DNA from: Pelomyxa schiedti
Taxonomy: Eukaryota; Protista; Evosea
DNA length: 64,000 nucleotides
Assembly (NCBI GenBank): GCA_020536535.1
Contig: JAHLWZ010000165.1
Span: 1-64,000, forward strand
Reading direction: 5' to 3'
In this document: positions 63,526 to 64,000 of the stretch, in pieces
How positions within the stretch are numbered: position 1 is the stretch's first letter
Layout: every line of letters begins with the position of its first letter
The notes under the pieces: model-generated
What the model was told of the DNA's origin: nothing
The model's database searches: none
What the model saw: the letters and a program-made list of their open reading frames with translations, nothing else
Program-made: the position numbers and the translations under genes

Positions 63526-64000
63526 ATGTTTTTGGTGCGTAGTGCCACGCTGGATGACGTCGATGCTATTCAGCAGTTGTACAAGTGCGTGGCCAGAACG
63601 ACAAAAGGGGGAATTGCCAGAGAGGAGGACGAAATACCCCGCGAGTACGTCCTCAACAACGTGACGTCGGCACTCACGAGGGGAGGCCTGTGCCTTGTGG
63701 CTACCAGAGCCCCATCAGCAACCACAACTGGAGTCTCGGTTGCGCAACCAATGACAGCAGAGTCCACCGCGGATCCCGGTTGGATTGTGGGAGAGATACA
63801 CTGCTACCGGGCAGTGCCCCGCGTATTCAGCCACGTACTCGGCGACCTGACTGTTGTTGTGCACCCTGAGTGTCAGGGACATGGGCTTGGCAGGCTGTTG
63901 TTCGACCAAGTCCTGGGCCGAGTGAGATCAGGAATGCCGGACGTGATGAGGGTGGAACTGATCGCCAGGGAATCGAACCGGCGAGCCATCGGGCTGTATG
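63526..64000 (+). CDS. GNAT N-acetyltransferase (runs off window end)
   Basis: MFLVRSATLDDVDAIQQLY...LTVVVHPECQGHGLGRLL (acetyl-CoA motif A)...ESNRRAIGLY; no intron in the visible part. Confidence 0.85.
   Translation, partial: MFLVRSATLDDVDAIQQLYKCVARTTKGGIAREEDEIPREYVLNNVTSALTRGGLCLVATRAPSATTTGVSVAQPMTAESTADPGWIVGEIHCYRAVPRVFSHVLGDLTVVVHPECQGHGLGRLLFDQVLGRVRSGMPDVMRVELIARESNRRAIGLY

Noticed and set aside
1-64000. CRISPR arrays, operons, rRNA/tRNA genes, stop-codon reassignment
   Set aside because: None seen; apparent in-frame stops are explained by introns, and genes end in TAA, TAG and TGA.

Overview
Gene-dense, intron-rich eukaryotic DNA with short (about 40-110 nt) GT-AG introns, intergenic gaps often under 150 bp, GC-rich low-complexity 5' exons and one 100-N assembly gap. 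The gene content and style suggest an amoebozoan, possibly an archamoeba such as Pelomyxa; this is inference and not verifiable here. All family calls come from motif recognition in hand-spliced translations, with no database searches. Recognisable genes: PQQ-like beta-propeller protein, ankyrin + PINK1-like kinase, TKL kinase, ACAP-type BAR-PH-ArfGAP-ANK, NCS/frequenin-like EF-hand protein, caspase-fold protein, gamma-glutamyl hydrolase, Hpt phosphotransfer protein, DUF2254-like membrane protein, Isy1-like, expansin-like, long SKP1-like, ATG16, TTI1, class I phosphodiesterase, divergent actin, RPP40, ARPC5-like and a bacterial-type GNAT. Stretches at about 1.8-4.9, 8.6-10.1, 12.6-13.1 and 24-31.7 kb hold decayed or duplicated gene fragments. 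Highlights: (1) a single-pass 'receptor phosphodiesterase' fusing an extracellular glycine-betaine-type solute-binding domain to a cytosolic class I PDE; (2) a probably myristoylated, animal-caspase-like pseudoprotease with a PUD-1/2-like N-terminal domain; (3) a U12-type intron in GGH with no frame-preserving AG acceptor; (4) a candidate C/D snoRNA in an RPP40 intron.
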